This document shows positions 1 through 8,924 of a stretch of DNA of 64,000 nt, one piece after another (position 1 is the stretch's first letter; each line of letters opens with the position of its first letter). This stretch comes from a virus, in the IMG/VR virus record IMGVR_UViG_3300047476_000521, positions 32,001 to 96,000 of that record, one strand, 5' to 3'. The position numbers and the translations under genes are program-made. The notes beneath the pieces were generated by a model. That model had not been told where the DNA came from, ran no database searches, and worked only from the letters and a program-made list of their open reading frames with translations.

Positions 1-15
1 GTTGCCATTTGTTAC

Positions 16-201
16 CTATCTATTTCCTGATGCCTTTTTGGCTTCCTCTACCTCTTTTATATAATTCACCAAAAGTTGAACATAGATATCTCTTTCAAAT
101 GGTATAAGGTTTTCTACTTCGCTAATTGAATATTTATGATGCTGAACTAAAGAAAATATAGTCGAATAATAAGAACTCAGGTTCGAGTAGTTCAGCGCCA
201 C
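16..201 (-). CDS. gp51: Baseplate hub assembly catalyst (short gp51-like)
   Basis: 61 aa, GTG start; motif YY..IFSLVQHHKYS.SEVENLIPFERDIYV typical of short gp51 homologs; directly follows gp26. Confidence 0.8.
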   Translation of the reverse strand: MALNYSNLSSYYSTIFSLVQHHKYSISEVENLIPFERDIYVQLLVNYIKEVEEAKKASGNR

Positions 202-905
202 GTAAAAAAATCGTTTAACGAACTCAAAACAATTTCACGTTCGTTGCCTAATTCGTTTTGGTATAAAATTTTATATTCCATTTTAGGAATGTTGACCAAG
301 AATTCTTGGATCTTTTCGAAAGTCTTGATATTCAGATTTTCTAAAAATTCATTAATTTCTTCGTTTCTGTAATCTTTAGTTTCAAAAATCTGTTCTTCGA
401 AGTAGATAGAATCTATACAACGTACAATAAGTTCAAACATATAATCCTTATCTAACTTCAAAAACTGCTCGTCATCATAAAGAGAAGCAGAAGGATACTT
501 CATGATAATTCCTGATTGAGGAGTTATCTTAATATTGTTGTCTATCTTTTCTGGATATTTGATCTTTACATCTTCAAGATTAATTTCGAAATCATAAATC
601 TTACCGTCTTCGTTGTCTTTGTAAGAAACCTTAATAAGATTGTCTACTGAGATAGATCTTAATTTTAGAAAAATATATTCTAGATCAAAAATAGCCAATT
701 TACCGATATCGAGTTTTTTGTCTATCGAACAATTGTTTACTATTTGCTTTATAGAAGTTAAAACATCTGCTGGGTTTTCGCTTTCCTTAGCCATCAACAG
801 CAGCTTTTCTTCTTTCACCAAAAAAGGTCTAAATTGATAATCCTTTTTCAAAGAAGGAATATTAATTTTGTAAACTGGGTAATCAATTTTAGGCAACCTT
901 GACAT
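192..905 (-). CDS. gp26: Baseplate hub subunit gp26
   Basis: LPKIDYP.Y...IPS and FRPFLVKEEKLLLMA motifs, ends L..LNDFF. Start moved from 917 to the second Met (905) because GGAG lies 7 nt upstream of it. Confidence 0.88.
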   Translation of the reverse strand: MSRLPKIDYPVYKINIPSLKKDYQFRPFLVKEEKLLLMAKESENPADVLTSIKQIVNNCSIDKKLDIGKLAIFDLEYIFLKLRSISVDNLIKVSYKDNEDGKIYDFEINLEDVKIKYPEKIDNNIKITPQSGIIMKYPSASLYDDEQFLKLDKDYMFELIVRCIDSIYFEEQIFETKDYRNEEINEFLENLNIKTFEKIQEFLVNIPKMEYKILYQNELGNEREIVLSSLNDFFTWR

Positions 906-920
906 TTCAAACTCCATTAA

Positions 921-1586
921 TTAGTTTATAAGTGTTTCCTTATACACAGCTGGTCTGTTTGGACCAGGTTGTTCCAACTTAACCTTTTGTACGGTTGAGT
1001 TTTCTATAGTATATTCAGTATAAGCTATTTGCACGTTAATCTTCATGAGATTAGTATCTCCCCAAGAAAGAGGAAAATCTCTTATTGATGTTGGGAAAGC
1101 TTCAAATAAATGTAATTTTTGAACGATATTACCAAAATGGTCGTATATAAAGATAGACATTGTAGAAGAATAGTTTTCTTTATATTCCGCTGTATAATTT
1201 GGAGCCCAGTTTCCTGTAGTGGAACCATTAAACTGAAAAATAGCTCTAGTCCACTGATACCAGAACTGCCAAAACTCGCAATAATGATCGCCCAATGTAG
1301 ATATGTTTATTTCTTGGAACTGAGCGTTTATTGGCATCTTTTGAGTTGGGCCGATACCATATCTGTTTATATCTGCTGTCATCAAAGAAATACCAGGAGC
1401 TCTGACCTGATCAATTCTGAATTCCAAATTCTTAGCAATATTAGATATTGAAGTAGGTGTGCCTTGATTGCTCAAAGAAGAATTAAATAAAATCCTAGGA
1501 CTCTGGACCAACATAGAAAAAGAGTTATTGTCTAGATATCCAAAATCTCTTAGATTCGTTTGGAATTTATTTACGTCGAATGGCAT
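921..1586 (-). CDS. gp54: Baseplate tail-tube initiator, gp54-like (gp19-fold paralog)
   Basis: N-terminus MPFDVNKF resembles the gp19 here (MPFNINSF); LFEAFPTSI..LSW tube motif; position next to gp26 and gp2. Confidence 0.7.
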   Translation of the reverse strand: MPFDVNKFQTNLRDFGYLDNNSFSMLVQSPRILFNSSLSNQGTPTSISNIAKNLEFRIDQVRAPGISLMTADINRYGIGPTQKMPINAQFQEINISTLGDHYCEFWQFWYQWTRAIFQFNGSTTGNWAPNYTAEYKENYSSTMSIFIYDHFGNIVQKLHLFEAFPTSIRDFPLSWGDTNLMKINVQIAYTEYTIENSTVQKVKLEQPGPNRPAVYKETLIN

Positions 1587-1594
1587 TTTTTATC

Positions 1595-2167
1595 CTAGTA
1601 AGGCGGAGAGCCGCTGTATTTTTTATTTGGGTTGATAGACCATCTCTGTAATGGTAACATAGCAGCCTTTTCCCAATCGCCAGCATTAACTAGATGAAAA
1701 GAACTTCTGACATGAGAAAACAGATATTTCTTTATACAATTTTCCACGCCAACAAACTGCCTAGAATACCTACTCAATAATTCATACGATACTAATAGTT
1801 TTGTTGATTCGTTGTATTTATTATTGTTCTTGATATCGTCTAAAGCTCTAAGAAGGTTTATTCTAGCCAAGGGTGGTAAATAATGGATATTTATACCAAG
1901 AAACCCATCTTTATACATTTCTATAGGGAAAACCAATGGATGCATGTCATAAAAGGGTAGAGTGTCTTTATGTTTCGCCTCGTAAAAGAAAAGATACATG
2001 CTTCCAACCTGAGGCATGGAAAACTTCTTAAAAATTTTATTTGGATCTCTATTTTGTTGTTTCTGAACGTCTGCTACTGAACCTTTGAACCAGTCAACAG
2101 CTGAAGCTGATTGAGCCGCTATTTCCCTAGCAGTAGCTCTAAGCATTTTTGAGAATCTGTTTGACAT
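1595..2167 (-). CDS. gp2: DNA end protector protein gp2
   Basis: G.MYLFFYEAKHKDTLPFYD.HPL, GFLGINIHYLPP and CIKKYL.SHV.S motifs. Confidence 0.92.
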   Translation of the reverse strand: MSNRFSKMLRATAREIAAQSASAVDWFKGSVADVQKQQNRDPNKIFKKFSMPQVGSMYLFFYEAKHKDTLPFYDMHPLVFPIEMYKDGFLGINIHYLPPLARINLLRALDDIKNNNKYNESTKLLVSYELLSRYSRQFVGVENCIKKYLFSHVRSSFHLVNAGDWEKAAMLPLQRWSINPNKKYSGSPPY

Positions 2168-2616
2168 TAGAACTTAATTCCTAACTCTTTTTCTGTCATA
2201 ATAATAAATTCATAACCTCTATCCTTACAATATTCTCTGGCAGCTTTCCATTTAGCGGAGTTAACTCCCCAGGTCATAACCTGTTTTATATACGTTTTGG
2301 ACTTCTTTTTTCCTTCGGTCAAAACAGGAGGCATGGTTTGGTATAAAGGTTTTACTTCTATAAGCAGAGTTTTAGTTCGACCATCTAAGGTATTTAACCT
2401 GACAGTAAAATCTACATAATAACGATGAATTCTGTTATCAACGGGCGATCTGTATGGAACAATAGTTTCTTCCGAAGACCACCATATTATCTGAGGGTCA
2501 GCGTCAAAACGGTTCATTGCTTTCAATTCCCAACTAGACCTATAGACTATATTTGTTGGGTCGCCTCGGTATTTTTGTGGGTTTCTTGGACTGAAAAATC
2601 CCTGATATTTTGCCAT
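2167..2616 (-). CDS. gp4: Head completion nuclease gp4 (TnsA-like PD-(D/E)xK)
   Basis: P.NP.KY.GD..NIVYRSSWE, WSSEE..VPY.SP.D...HRY.VDF, LIEVKP, N.AKW.AA motifs. Confidence 0.93.
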   Translation of the reverse strand: MAKYQGFFSPRNPQKYRGDPTNIVYRSSWELKAMNRFDADPQIIWWSSEETIVPYRSPVDNRIHRYYVDFTVRLNTLDGRTKTLLIEVKPLYQTMPPVLTEGKKKSKTYIKQVMTWGVNSAKWKAAREYCKDRGYEFIIMTEKELGIKF

Positions 2617-2629
2617 GTTTAATTTTTGT

Positions 2630-2637
2630 AATAAATA
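2630..2637 (+). promoter_or_regulatory. Late promoter variant (AATAAATA) for the gp48 baseplate operon
   Basis: 1 mismatch to TATAAATA, intergenic, 36 nt upstream of the gp48 ATG; the same variant recurs before other structural genes. Confidence 0.7.
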
Positions 2638-2650
2638 GATTAAGTAACTC

Positions 2651-2658
2651 TATTTATA
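2651..2658 (-). promoter_or_regulatory. T4-type late promoter for the gp4-gp2-gp54-gp26-gp51 operon
   Basis: TATTTATA on + equals TATAAATA on -, about 35 nt upstream of the gp4 start; the phage encodes gp55. Confidence 0.85.
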
Positions 2659-2673
2659 GCGACGTAGGTAACA

Positions 2674-3408
2674 ATGGCCCGTACAGTAAATTTTCCACAA
2701 CCTCCTGGTAGGTCTCAAAGAAAAAATGATTCTTTTCCAAACGACCTGGAACAGAACAACAGAAGATTCTTCACAAAACTTACCTTTTCCAAATATAATT
2801 ACAGTTTTGCTGGTGGGGCAGGAGCTATTGTTCTTGGAGACAGCGTAACGTTACCATTTCCTAGAAAGCTAAATGACAACGAAATTATTAACTGGGAAGA
2901 ATGGTCTGGTGCTGCAGCAGCAGGATCTGCTCTTCAAACCATCGGGCAATTTGTTCCAGGAGCAAGTATGGCAGGATCTGCTATTTCTTCTTTAGCGGCT
3001 GGTGTTGATATGATGGGTACTTTTACTGGTCAATCTGTTAACCCGTTTCAGTTTATGATGTTCAAACGCCCAAATTTTAAAGAACATACGTTACAATGGA
3101 CTTTGGCTCCAAACACTAAAGAAGAGTCAGAAACCCTTAAAAGAATTATTAATACATGTAAAAAAGCTGCATTGCCATCAGGAGGCAGAACTAGCATTAT
3201 GATGGATTATCCAGATTTATGTAATGTGTCTTTTACTCCTGATAATTACCTTTATAAGCTAAAACCTTGTGCAATAATTTCAGTTCATGTTGATTATACT
3301 GGAGCAGGCGGTCCTTCTTTTTTCAATTCTGGTGCGCCAACAGTCGTAAACTTAACTCTTCAGCTTAAAGAAATAGAGCTTTGGAGTAAAGACAACTATC
3401 AAGAGTAA
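2674..3408 (+). CDS. gp48: Baseplate tail-tube cap gp48
   Basis: NP.QFMMFKRPNFKEH.LQWTLAP.T.EES..L..II; C-terminal P..V.LTLQLKEIE; lies upstream of gp53. Confidence 0.8.
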   Translation: MARTVNFPQPPGRSQRKNDSFPNDLEQNNRRFFTKLTFSKYNYSFAGGAGAIVLGDSVTLPFPRKLNDNEIINWEEWSGAAAAGSALQTIGQFVPGASMAGSAISSLAAGVDMMGTFTGQSVNPFQFMMFKRPNFKEHTLQWTLAPNTKEESETLKRIINTCKKAALPSGGRTSIMMDYPDLCNVSFTPDNYLYKLKPCAIISVHVDYTGAGGPSFFNSGAPTVVNLTLQLKEIELWSKDNYQE

Positions 3409-3411
3409 TAA

Positions 3412-4293
3412 ATGGCACAGAAATATTTCGACAAGTTCCCTATCGTAAATTACGCTAATACTCAAGCAATAGACATCACAAGACGTGTAACTGTTCTTGA
3501 TAAAATTGCATCAGAGCCTTACGTATTCTATCCATACGAGATCACAGATAACGAAAGAGCAGACCAATTTTCTGCAAGATATTACGACGATCAATACAAA
3601 AGTTGGATATTGTATATAACAAACAAAATTATAGATCCATATTACGAATGGTATTTACACGAAAGAGATATGCAAGAGTTTATCATCAAAAAATATGGTA
3701 CATTCTACGCTGCTCAAACTAAAGTCAAATACTATACCAATGACTGGACTGGGCAGGACAATATTACAGTTAGTGCATATAATGCTTTGACCTTGAGCAT
3801 GCAAAAATATTGGGAACCTATGTTTGGTAATTATAACAGAGTTATGTCTTACAAAAGAAAAGAAGTTGACTGGAAAGCTAATACTAACAAAATCATGGAA
3901 TATGCAGTTTCTACTTCGAATCCTACGTTTCAGATGGATGAAATATGCGACATAGTTTTTGACGCTCAGTATTATGGTAAAGGCCAAATACTTTCAGTTG
4001 TTGATGATAAAGTTTCTATACAACATATCAGCGGGGTTTACCAAACTAATAACGTAGTTTCTATTTCTGGTTCAAGTTACCTTTATGGAACTGAAAGCGC
4101 AGTAAACACGGCTTTTACAGATGAAAGACTTGTTTCTAGAAACATTAGCGTTGAAGAAGAAGCTTATTGGAAACCTGTTACTTATCTTGAATACGAAACA
4201 GAGAAAAACGAATTTAATAAAACAATCAGAGTTCTTGACAGTAGTTTGAGACAAACGGCAGTGGATAATTTAACAGACTTGTTGAAGGAGTAA
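3412..4293 (+). CDS. gp53: Baseplate wedge protein gp53
   Basis: YF.KFP...Y, Y.I...ERADQ....YY.D....WI....N.IIDPYYEW, YE.E.NE..K.I.VL motifs. Confidence 0.88.
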   Translation: MAQKYFDKFPIVNYANTQAIDITRRVTVLDKIASEPYVFYPYEITDNERADQFSARYYDDQYKSWILYITNKIIDPYYEWYLHERDMQEFIIKKYGTFYAAQTKVKYYTNDWTGQDNITVSAYNALTLSMQKYWEPMFGNYNRVMSYKRKEVDWKANTNKIMEYAVSTSNPTFQMDEICDIVFDAQYYGKGQILSVVDDKVSIQHISGVYQTNNVVSISGSSYLYGTESAVNTAFTDERLVSRNISVEEEAYWKPVTYLEYETEKNEFNKTIRVLDSSLRQTAVDNLTDLLKE

Positions 4294-4294
4294 T

Positions 4295-5548
4295 ATGGCT
4301 GTAGGCGATGTAAAAATTTCCAGTTTGAAAATTGGAAATCTAGACCTTATCAAATCTGGCGAAGCTTCTATAGTAGGATTTAATATCTACGAAGATATTC
4401 TAAATCCTTATGGCCCTGTTGCAGAAATAAGGGTCATAGATCCTTCAGACGCTTTGTCTAAAAACAGAATAAATGGTTCATACGACCAGGATGTTGAGAT
4501 AAACTTTTCTGGCGACGATAATATCTTAGGTTCTGGTGGTGGTAATTTTAAATTTAAAATGTATCAAAACAAAAACCTCAACGATCAATCGCTACACAAC
4601 GTTGGTTCAGGCCACAACAAACAATACGACATCAGATGCGTTTCACCAGAATTTTTGAATGCGCAAGGCAATCATATCGAAAAGAGCTTTAAAGGAAATA
4701 CAAGCGAAGTAGTGGAATATATCCTTAAAGAAGGTTTTAAAACTAAAAGAACTATAGAAAAAGCTAAGACCAAGGGAAACAGAAGAATAGTTATACCAAA
4801 AATGCATCCATTAGATGCATTGAAAAAGATGAACACTGAACATGTTTCAGAAAAATATGAGTCTTCTACATTTGCTCTTTTTCAACAAGCTGATCAACAG
4901 GGCGAACACAAGTATGTGTTTAAAACCTTCGAAGAATTATTTGAAGAACAACCTGCAGTTAAATTGAAACAGACTACTAGCCTGAACTATGACTATAAAG
5001 ATCAAAACGCCAAACAAAAATCTATTCTTTGGTTCAGGCCATCTAAGAATTTTGATACTGGCCCAAGAGCTTTAGACAAAACTGAAGAATACACAGTAGA
5101 TCTAACAACTCATAAAGTTGTGGCTACAAATTACAACAAGAAGAATAAGTTTAAGTTTGCAGACAGTCAAGGGGTTTACGACGAGTCTCCCTCTTATGCT
5201 AAATCTTTGCCTATTAGATATATACATGATAAAGCAAACAACAAAGACAAGCATACAACTTCTTCGGCTAAAACTAAAAGGGCTGCTTTTCTTTCTCATC
5301 TGGCTCAGAATTCAGCAGAACTAGAGGTTTATTATGATCCTAAAATAAAATTAGGGTCTATGATAGAATTAGAAATACCAAAAAAGGCCAACAGCGATAC
5401 TGAAGAAGGCGAAGGCCAGTTTAATGGAAAATGTCTTGTAGTCGCAATCAGAACAAAATATAAAGTGGCTGCAGAACCACCTAAATGCACAATGGTTCTC
5501 AGGGTTGTGAAAGCTTCGTTCAAACGTGGCGGCGGAGGTCAAGGATAA
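4295..5548 (+). CDS. Baseplate hub protein (gp27-like)
   Basis: FNIYEDI..P...AEI...D N-terminus; C-terminal G..I.L.IP....GK.LV.AIR; sits between gp53 and gp5. Confidence 0.65.
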   Translation: MAVGDVKISSLKIGNLDLIKSGEASIVGFNIYEDILNPYGPVAEIRVIDPSDALSKNRINGSYDQDVEINFSGDDNILGSGGGNFKFKMYQNKNLNDQSLHNVGSGHNKQYDIRCVSPEFLNAQGNHIEKSFKGNTSEVVEYILKEGFKTKRTIEKAKTKGNRRIVIPKMHPLDALKKMNTEHVSEKYESSTFALFQQADQQGEHKYVFKTFEELFEEQPAVKLKQTTSLNYDYKDQNAKQKSILWFRPSKNFDTGPRALDKTEEYTVDLTTHKVVATNYNKKNKFKFADSQGVYDESPSYAKSLPIRYIHDKANNKDKHTTSSAKTKRAAFLSHLAQNSAELEVYYDPKIKLGSMIELEIPKKANSDTEEGEGQFNGKCLVVAIRTKYKVAAEPPKCTMVLRVVKASFKRGGGGQG

Positions 5549-5952
5549 TGTTTTATATTGCAGAAGTAAGAAATTTTGAAGACGATCCAACAAGATCAGG
5601 TCGAGTAAAAGTAAGAATTTACAATGAACATAACGACGAACAGGAAATTAAAGACGACGATTTACCTTGGGCTATGGTTGTTCAACCTAGCACATCAGCA
5701 GCTACTGCTAAATTAGGTTACGCTCCTCATGGTTTAAGAGTTGGATCAAGAGTTCTTGTTACATATCTTCCGCACGATTCTGCTAAACAATATCCTATAG
5801 TTCTTGGTTCTTTACCAAGAGGGGATATGCCAGAAGGCAACGATGACAGTAATGGTGGTGTTGGTAAAGATTCTCAAGAATCTCAGAAAAATTCTGGTGG
5901 TAAAATTAGAAAACCAGGCCCTGACAATCCTGCGTATACTAAGGAAAAATAA
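5548..5952 (+). CDS. gp5: gp5 spike N-terminal OB-fold domain as a stand-alone ORF
   Basis: DP.RSGRVKVRI..H.......LPWA..VQP...A...G..P.GL.VGS.V, Q.PIVLGSLP; ATG at 5548 overlaps the hub stop (TAATG). Confidence 0.85.
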   Translation: MFYIAEVRNFEDDPTRSGRVKVRIYNEHNDEQEIKDDDLPWAMVVQPSTSAATAKLGYAPHGLRVGSRVLVTYLPHDSAKQYPIVLGSLPRGDMPEGNDDSNGGVGKDSQESQKNSGGKIRKPGPDNPAYTKEK

Positions 5953-7388
5953 TGACACAAGAAACTGCTTTCGGAGAAGAAAAGAAAACCGTTTTACATC
6001 GTAAAACTAAACCCAAAATTTTGAAGGGCGATGTAAAATACGCTGATCCACCAAGATCAAAAGGTTCGGATGGCGAAAAGGTAGAAGAAATCCGTAAAGA
6101 ATACGCCAAGAATGCAGATAAACCAACCACAGCTTCTGGCGATGTTGGTGGTAAAGACCTACCTCAAGTTTTACAAAAAGTTGATGGAAACGGTCAATCA
6201 CAGGTTATGCCTCAACTTTATCAACAGATGCAGCAGATAACAAGCTTGTTGTCTATGGGTTCAGGATCTAGTGGAGGTCAAAACGGCGGACAACAAAGTT
6301 TCGGTGATAATCCGTTATCTGGCCCTACAGTTATTCTTAATGATTCTTTTACTGGAGCTCTGGCTATCCTTGTAAGACAGTTCGGGTTTGATAAAGTTAT
6401 AGCTTTGTTCACTTCAGTTTTATCAGGTAATGGTTTAGACAACATCAATATATTATACAGAGATATAGTAAAAAATGGTATGGCTAATCTCATAAGACTA
6501 GCTTTATATTTCGGACCATTAAATATTCCTGTTTCTCAATACGATGACACTGTTTTCGGAGACTTAGTTCCATCTCCGCTGGTTTCTGCAAGTTCAGTTC
6601 CTGATTTGTATGTAAAGCAATACTACACATTAGACAAAGATCCTTTCCCTGGTTATGAAGAATGGTTGTCTCCTGATAAGACAAAAAAGGTTTACGTTAA
6701 AAAACCAACTAAATCTTATCATTTTAGCACATCTAGCGAAGAAATATTTTCTGAATCTGAAACTCAGCTAGCTGCAGATTTAGCAATTTATTTCGAATTA
6801 AATACAAACGGTTTACCAATTAGAAAGCTTACACCAACTAAATTAAACGATATTCTTTATAAGCAGTTGGTAACCATAGAAAATAACTCTATGGATTTGG
6901 GAGCGGGTAATAAGAGTAGCTCTTCTAGTAATTCTAATAGCATGCTTGGAGGTCAATTACAGTCTCTGATTAGTATGTTAACGCAACAGACAAGCAAACC
7001 TAATGCAGCTGTCACTAGCTTAGATGATGTGATGCAAAAATTCAAAAAAGATATGGGCCTAAACAACAAAATATTCGAGCTTGGCAAACAAGCTCTTGGT
7101 GGAGGTTCGCCTTTAGGTTCTCTTGGTAATATGGGCGGTATCTCTAATATCATGGGAGGTTTTTCTATGGGAGGTGGCGGCCTTGGTGGCGTGCTTTCTT
7201 CAATAGGTCTGCCGAGTCAGCTTGGTAGTTTTGGTTCGTTTGGTGGTAATTCTGGTGGCGGCGGCGGAGCAGCTGGTTCTGGATTTGGTGGTTATACTGG
7301 CGGTAACTATGATGGTGGAGATGTTTCCACGGAAGGTATGAAAAATATATCGCAAATGCTACAAATATTAGGAATTTCAAATGGCTGA
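5952..7388 (+). CDS. Uncharacterised 478 aa Gly/Ser/Met-rich protein lying between the gp5 N- and C-terminal ORFs
   Basis: Long ORF overlapping both neighbours; no lysozyme motif recognised; Gly-rich C-terminus. Confidence 0.75.
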   Translation: MTQETAFGEEKKTVLHRKTKPKILKGDVKYADPPRSKGSDGEKVEEIRKEYAKNADKPTTASGDVGGKDLPQVLQKVDGNGQSQVMPQLYQQMQQITSLLSMGSGSSGGQNGGQQSFGDNPLSGPTVILNDSFTGALAILVRQFGFDKVIALFTSVLSGNGLDNINILYRDIVKNGMANLIRLALYFGPLNIPVSQYDDTVFGDLVPSPLVSASSVPDLYVKQYYTLDKDPFPGYEEWLSPDKTKKVYVKKPTKSYHFSTSSEEIFSESETQLAADLAIYFELNTNGLPIRKLTPTKLNDILYKQLVTIENNSMDLGAGNKSSSSSNSNSMLGGQLQSLISMLTQQTSKPNAAVTSLDDVMQKFKKDMGLNNKIFELGKQALGGGSPLGSLGNMGGISNIMGGFSMGGGGLGGVLSSIGLPSQLGSFGSFGGNSGGGGGAAGSGFGGYTGGNYDGGDVSTEGMKNISQMLQILGISNG

Positions 7389-8193
7389 TGACAACAAGAA
7401 ACTACCGAAAGATGCAGTTTGCGAAGGCGATATAGAACCAAAATACGGTTTTATAACTGGATACTGGAGAGAATGTGGTGGTAGTAATTGGCATTACGAG
7501 AATGTTTCCGAACAAAATAAAACGTTCTCTCAAACTATGCACCCATCCGGAGCTTATGACACTATTGAAAAAAATGAAAAGAAAAAAGAAATTCACAGTA
7601 GTCATAGACCTGGAGAAGTTAGGCATTATGTTGGTGGCGGTAAATCTACTCATGTTGACGGGCATCATGACATTAACGTTGAGTCAACTTTTAGAATAGA
7701 ATCTGCTGGAGACATAGGTCAGGCTACTGGTAAAAATTATTATAGAGGCACCAAAAATAAAGAAGTAAAAATCTCCGGAGATACAGCAAAAATAAAGACA
7801 GGTTCAAAGGCTGTTAGTTCTAGAGGCTATACAGGAACTGTTAGAAATTCTTATGAAGAAGATTATTTCAACCATGTAGAAGGCGATATTGTCAGCATGG
7901 GCGAAAAGAATAAAGTTACTGTTACTAAAAAAGATTATGCTATAAACGTTGGTCAAAATATGGACACGTACGTTGAGCAGAAAGGAAAAATTGAAACTGG
8001 TAGCACCATGTTTATTCAAACTGGTTCTACAGCAACAATTAATTCTGCTTCTGATGTTAGTGTTAACGCAGCTTCTGAGATAGTATTAAACGCTAGTTCA
8101 AAAATTACTCTAAAGGTGGGTAGTTCAAAAATAGAGATTAGTTCTGGTTCTATAACTATTACATCACCATCTATCGAATTTAAACAAGGGTAA
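7381..8193 (+). CDS. gp5: gp5 spike C-terminal beta-helix/needle domain as a stand-alone ORF
   Basis: H.SG.Y..IE motif, then beta-strand repeats (V.G....V.G; ITLKVGSSKIEISSGSITITSP) as in gp5/VgrG tips; followed by a PAAR-like gene. Confidence 0.75.
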   Translation: MADDNKKLPKDAVCEGDIEPKYGFITGYWRECGGSNWHYENVSEQNKTFSQTMHPSGAYDTIEKNEKKKEIHSSHRPGEVRHYVGGGKSTHVDGHHDINVESTFRIESAGDIGQATGKNYYRGTKNKEVKISGDTAKIKTGSKAVSSRGYTGTVRNSYEEDYFNHVEGDIVSMGEKNKVTVTKKDYAINVGQNMDTYVEQKGKIETGSTMFIQTGSTATINSASDVSVNAASEIVLNASSKITLKVGSSKIEISSGSITITSPSIEFKQG

Positions 8194-8202
8194 ATATATT
8201 AA

Positions 8203-8490
8203 ATGACAGAAGCACACGTAAACGGCCAGCTGAGATCATGTGGAGCAACAACAATAGTATCAGGTCAAAGTTTTGTTAAAGTAGATGGTCAGCTGTGGGC
8301 TGTAGAAAATGATCAAAACAGTCATGGAAGCGGTCAATTGATAGCTTCAAAGACTTATGTTAAAATTGATGGAAAGTCTGTTATTATAAAAGGCGACAGT
8401 GCACAACAAGATGCTTTATGTCCCTCTCTAGGAGGAGAACACTGTAACCCAAAAGCCCAAGAGGGTAAAAGTTTTATAAAGGTAAGCTAA
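8203..8490 (+). CDS. PAAR-like spike tip protein (gp5.4-like)
   Basis: 95 aa with Cys/His ligands (RSCGA, SHG, LCP..GGEHCNP) and V.IDG..V...GD repeats; between gp5 and gp25. Confidence 0.8.
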   Translation: MTEAHVNGQLRSCGATTIVSGQSFVKVDGQLWAVENDQNSHGSGQLIASKTYVKIDGKSVIIKGDSAQQDALCPSLGGEHCNPKAQEGKSFIKVS

Positions 8491-8924
8491 TGGCAACTAA
8501 ACCAACAAGAGCAGATACATTTACAGGTAGCAAAAAACAAGTAGATTTCTTTTCTGACTTTATGACAAGTTTTGCAAAAACGCCAATTGGTAATCAGTTA
8601 GCAAAAGTATCTAATGAGCATTCTGTAAATCAATCTTTAAAAAACCTATTGAAAACCAATTTGGGCGAAAGATTGTTTCAACCAACTGTTGGGTCAGAAA
8701 TTATGGCTACCTTGTTTGAAATGAATGTTACAGATTCTCTCAGTATGTTAGAAATGTTTATCAGAAATACTATTGAAAACAACGAACCTCGTGTTAATTT
8801 AGTAGAGGTAAACGTTGAAACTGTAGTTAATGATGAAAATACTATTGAAATAACATTAATCTACAACTTAATAAATAATCCAGAGTTAAATACTCTTACC
8901 ATGTTACTAAAAAGAGTCCGATAA
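8490..8924 (+). CDS. gp25: Baseplate wedge subunit gp25
   Basis: SV.QSLKNLL.TN.GERLFQP..GS.I...LFE; I.N.EPRV motif. Confidence 0.92.
   Translation: MATKPTRADTFTGSKKQVDFFSDFMTSFAKTPIGNQLAKVSNEHSVNQSLKNLLKTNLGERLFQPTVGSEIMATLFEMNVTDSLSMLEMFIRNTIENNEPRVNLVEVNVETVVNDENTIEITLIYNLINNPELNTLTMLLKRVR

Noticed and set aside
5940-5954. Programmed -1 frameshift fusing the gp5 OB-fold to the 478-aa ORF
   Set aside because: G GAA AAA is not a canonical slippery heptamer and no stimulatory structure is evident; the TAATG overlap is explained by translational coupling, seen at many junctions here.
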